From Anaerohalosphaeraceae bacterium (GTDB lineage Bacteria > Planctomycetota > Phycisphaerae > Sedimentisphaerales > Anaerohalosphaeraceae): DNA of 64,000 nt. Made by a program: the position numbers and the translations under genes. This document shows positions 61,358-64,000 of this stretch, piece by piece. How positions within the stretch are numbered: the stretch's first letter is position 1; each line of letters opens with the position of its first letter. The DNA is taken from assembly GCA_963675525.2 (NCBI GenBank), contig CAXXSL010000011.1, positions 128,001 to 192,000 on the forward strand, in the 5' to 3' direction. Under the pieces are notes generated by a model, which was not told the DNA's origin, did no database searches, and worked only from the letters and a program-made list of their open reading frames with translations.

Positions 61358-62229
61358 ACCAAACATTCATGTTTCTCATGGCCCGCATACGGTTTTCCAT
61401 AATCCAGATACGCATCACGACCCCGCTTTACCCCGTCGGGTTTCAACATGGCCGTCAACAAAAACCATATTGGCCTTTCCTTCGTTCTTCCTGTCGGTGC
61501 TGACATTATGATACGTCGCGACATTGTCAGTCGCACCATTCGGTATAGCCGGGTTTGCGTTTACCCATAAGGCGTTGTCCATTGAGAACATTCTCGCTGT
61601 ATTTTGTAACCCCATCCCATTCGTCCTCTCTAATGGGCCAGAGATTTTCTTCGGAAAAAGCAAAACATTCAGCGGACCGGGTTATCCTGGGATAGCTTCA
61701 TTGAAATTTCCTGATCGTTCATCACCACATCACCAACCTGCAAAAGAGTCGCCCAATCAAAGCCGACAAACCAGTTCATTGCGTAACTGTACAGAGGATC
61801 GAATGGAGTCAACAATGAATGTTGTCCCGCACACGGAACGCCATCTTTACCAAGACTCTTCGCGTATCTTTCAAAAACCGAGCACATATGTGAATTTTCA
61901 TCATCCATATAAGGCCATAGAGAACCATCCACCGGGTCTCTCTGCCATTGTGCCACATGCATCTCGATGCGACATTATTGCTCGCCGCCCATTCAATCGT
62001 TTTCCGACTGAAAAGCCATGTCGACTTGTAGGGTGCTTTGTCCTTGTTGTCCATCGCATACGCCTGCACGGCTGCACCGTAGCCTCTAATATTGGCTGCA
62101 CAGATGATTGTTTGTGCATGACGTTTTGCAGAACTTAAGCCAGGCATGATAACGGGACATCAACAAAGCGATAATCGCAATCACAACAAGTAATTCAATC
62201 AACGTAAAGGCATTTTGACGTTTTATCAT
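61358..62229 (-). pseudogene. Prepilin-type N-terminal cleavage/methylation (DUF1559-like) protein with multiple frameshifts; 3' end approximate
   Basis: MIKRQNA|FTLIELLVVIAIIALLMS; fragments give CAANIRGYG, GSLWPYM, SYAMN, FSEENLW, YHN..ANMVFVDGHVE. Confidence 0.85.
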
Positions 62230-62329
62230 TGCACTTACTTCTCCTGTAAAGAAGCCTAAAGATTATACACTAACCCTTAAACGAGCCAACTACTGCATTG
62301 TTCATTGCTTTTCCTCACTATAAATGTAC

Positions 62330-62358
62330 ATCATACCAAGAGGCCACTTTCGTGTCAA
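62330..62358 (-). promoter_or_regulatory. Sigma70-type promoter of the prepilin-LamG-PEP-CTERM operon
   Basis: TTGACA-17 nt-TATGAT with extended -10 TG. Confidence 0.7.
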
Positions 62359-62367
62359 CGTAAATTA

Positions 62368-62387
62368 TTGCACAATCTTTTGTGCAA
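62368..62387. promoter_or_regulatory. Palindromic operator, candidate site for the adjacent LacI regulator
   Basis: TTGCACAA-TCTT-TTGTGCAA, perfect 8-bp arms. Confidence 0.6.
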
Positions 62388-62621
62388 CTTAAACAAGTAT
62401 TTGTCTTTTGTTGCGGAATCACTGTAGACAGAAACGGCTATTAGGGAAGAAGAACACACTAGTCCATTAGAAAAAAGAACTTACGGCTATTGATAAAGAC
62501 GCCCAAAATACATGCTATTGCCTGTCTTTATTGAAAAGATACGGCGGGCGAGTAGACTTCGATTTAAAATTTTTTATTTTTTATTCTAAAGGGTAAAAGT
62601 CCATTATTACTAGTTAAGGAG

Positions 62622-63650
62622 TTAAATTTTGGAACATGTGTGCATATCCAAAAAGATATAATCCAATCGTTTGGAAGGGAAAATCGCTTCTTTTGTTTTA
62701 AATTTTTTCCAGAGCATCGCCACCGCCACTTCCCCCATTTTAGTTTCCGGTTCGAGCATCGCGGTCGTATTAAGCCCAACTCGCACATGGGATTCCCCAG
62801 CGAATGTCATAATAGACAAATCTTTTGGGATTCGTAAATCAAGGCGTGAAGCCGCGGCAAATACAGCAGGCACAGAAGCAGACCAATAAAACAGCATCGC
62901 AGTCGGCCGATCCGGACGTTTCAGCACATGATAAAAATACTCAATCTGTTTTTCCATCGAATCATCAACCCTGTGTTCCGGCGTAACGTCCAAGATTTCA
63001 AGCGACGCTTGTTTCATCGCCAAAGCATACCCCCCCCGTCGGTCTGCCACGCTAAAGTGGGTATTCGGTTTCAGGTCATCGTAAAAAATATTGCAATAGC
63101 TGATTCGTTTATGACCCAAGCTAATTAAATACTCCGTTGCTTTCAAGGCACTTGAAAAGCTGTCCGGATAAACCGCATCATTATCCATTTTATGGTTAAT
63201 CCACACCTTGGGCATGGATGTCTTTTGGATCGCCTCTCGTATATTGGCGGGAAGATTAGGACAGTAATTGACAATTAAGCCTTCCGCCATTAAAGAACGA
63301 AATATCTTCGGTAACTCCTGATGATCACTGTGCACTCTGGGAATATTCGCCAGTAGCAGATGTTTATCGTGTCTCTCAAGGCTACGGTGAATTTGAGTGA
63401 GCAATTTCTCCGGTAAGTAACTTTTGCTTGAAAAGCTGCTGTGCAGCAAGGCGATACAGTTAAATTTTCCTGTTTTAACACCAACGGCGAATGCGTTCGG
63501 AATATAGCCCAGCTCCAGTGCCGTCGCCTTAACCCTTTCCTGACACTGTTTGCTGATTCGGTACTGATCTGCTTTATCGTTCAGAACGCGCGACACCACC
63601 GAGACACAAACGCCGGCATGATACGCAATTTCTTTAAGTGTTACTGACAT
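62622..63650 (-). CDS. LacI-family transcriptional regulator
   Basis: VTLKEIAYHAGVCVSVVSRVLN, LGYIPN, LGHKRI, RIPKDLSI. Confidence 0.94.
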   Translation of the reverse strand: MSVTLKEIAYHAGVCVSVVSRVLNDKADQYRISKQCQERVKATALELGYIPNAFAVGVKTGKFNCIALLHSSFSSKSYLPEKLLTQIHRSLERHDKHLLLANIPRVHSDHQELPKIFRSLMAEGLIVNYCPNLPANIREAIQKTSMPKVWINHKMDNDAVYPDSFSSALKATEYLISLGHKRISYCNIFYDDLKPNTHFSVADRRGGYALAMKQASLEILDVTPEHRVDDSMEKQIEYFYHVLKRPDRPTAMLFYWSASVPAVFAAASRLDLRIPKDLSIMTFAGESHVRVGLNTTAMLEPETKMGEVAVAMLWKKFKTKEAIFPSKRLDYIFLDMHTCSKI

Positions 63651-63729
63651 TACCGACTCCTCAGTTACCCTTCTCTGACTTGGAAATATTCTATTTTTAT
63701 ACCAATCAGGAACAATCTGAATCCTGATG

Positions 63730-63758
63730 ATTATACATTTTCGAGATACTCAATTCAA
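63730..63758 (-). promoter_or_regulatory. Sigma70-type promoter of the lacI-like gene
   Basis: TTGAAT-17 nt-TATAAT. Confidence 0.55.
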
Positions 63759-64000
63759 GAGTCATTTCATTTTGAGGGGTTAAAAGCATCTCTCACAACT
63801 CAATGGACGACTCCCGCTCATACTCCGGCATCCAGAAAAATATTGTATTCATCGGGATAATACAGTATAATAGTGCTTTCTGTGGGGTGTATTTGCTATA
63901 GCCAAAGGGCTGGCCCTTCATTTAAGATACGTGGTTTCTTTGTTAAAACTGCTCGAGCATTTACGGTGGATGGTTTTATGATGAAAATGTATGGATTGTT

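Noticed and set aside
1..64000. tRNA, rRNA, IS elements, integrase, prophage or defence systems
   Set aside because: No supporting motifs found anywhere in the window

Overview
A carbohydrate- and phosphoester-utilisation region of about 35 genes. The source is most likely a planctomycete (Phycisphaerae/Sedimentisphaerales-like); this is inferred from the PEP-CTERM proteins, prepilin/H-X9-DG proteins, an ECF-sigma/FecR pair and dockerin-like tails. Four blocks are visible. (1) 0-19 kb, minus strand: GH3, PEP-CTERM, ECF sigma, FecR, LamG protein, prepilin-type protein, three GHs sharing an FN3-PA14-dockerin-like tail, and two GH43. (2) 19-36.6 kb: an AraC-centred furanoside-type locus (two DUF2961/GH172, GH32/43-like propellers, an ADP-ribosylglycohydrolase fusion, a ribose-type ABC transporter, an unknown malectin protein). 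(3) 36.6-48.7 kb: a beta-mannan pathway (GPH transporter, two GH130, GH5, GH113, epimerase, LacI). (4) 48.8-64 kb: LacI, prepilin-type protein, LamG protein, two PEP-CTERM proteins, two secreted multidomain metallophosphoesterases and an IMPase. The most striking pattern is that each of the three PEP-CTERM proteins is a stand-alone twin of the N-terminal domain of a neighbouring large dockerin-like-tagged protein. Several homopolymer frameshifts look like assembly errors. No rRNA, tRNA, CRISPR or transposase was seen. All family calls are by motif recognition; no searches were run.
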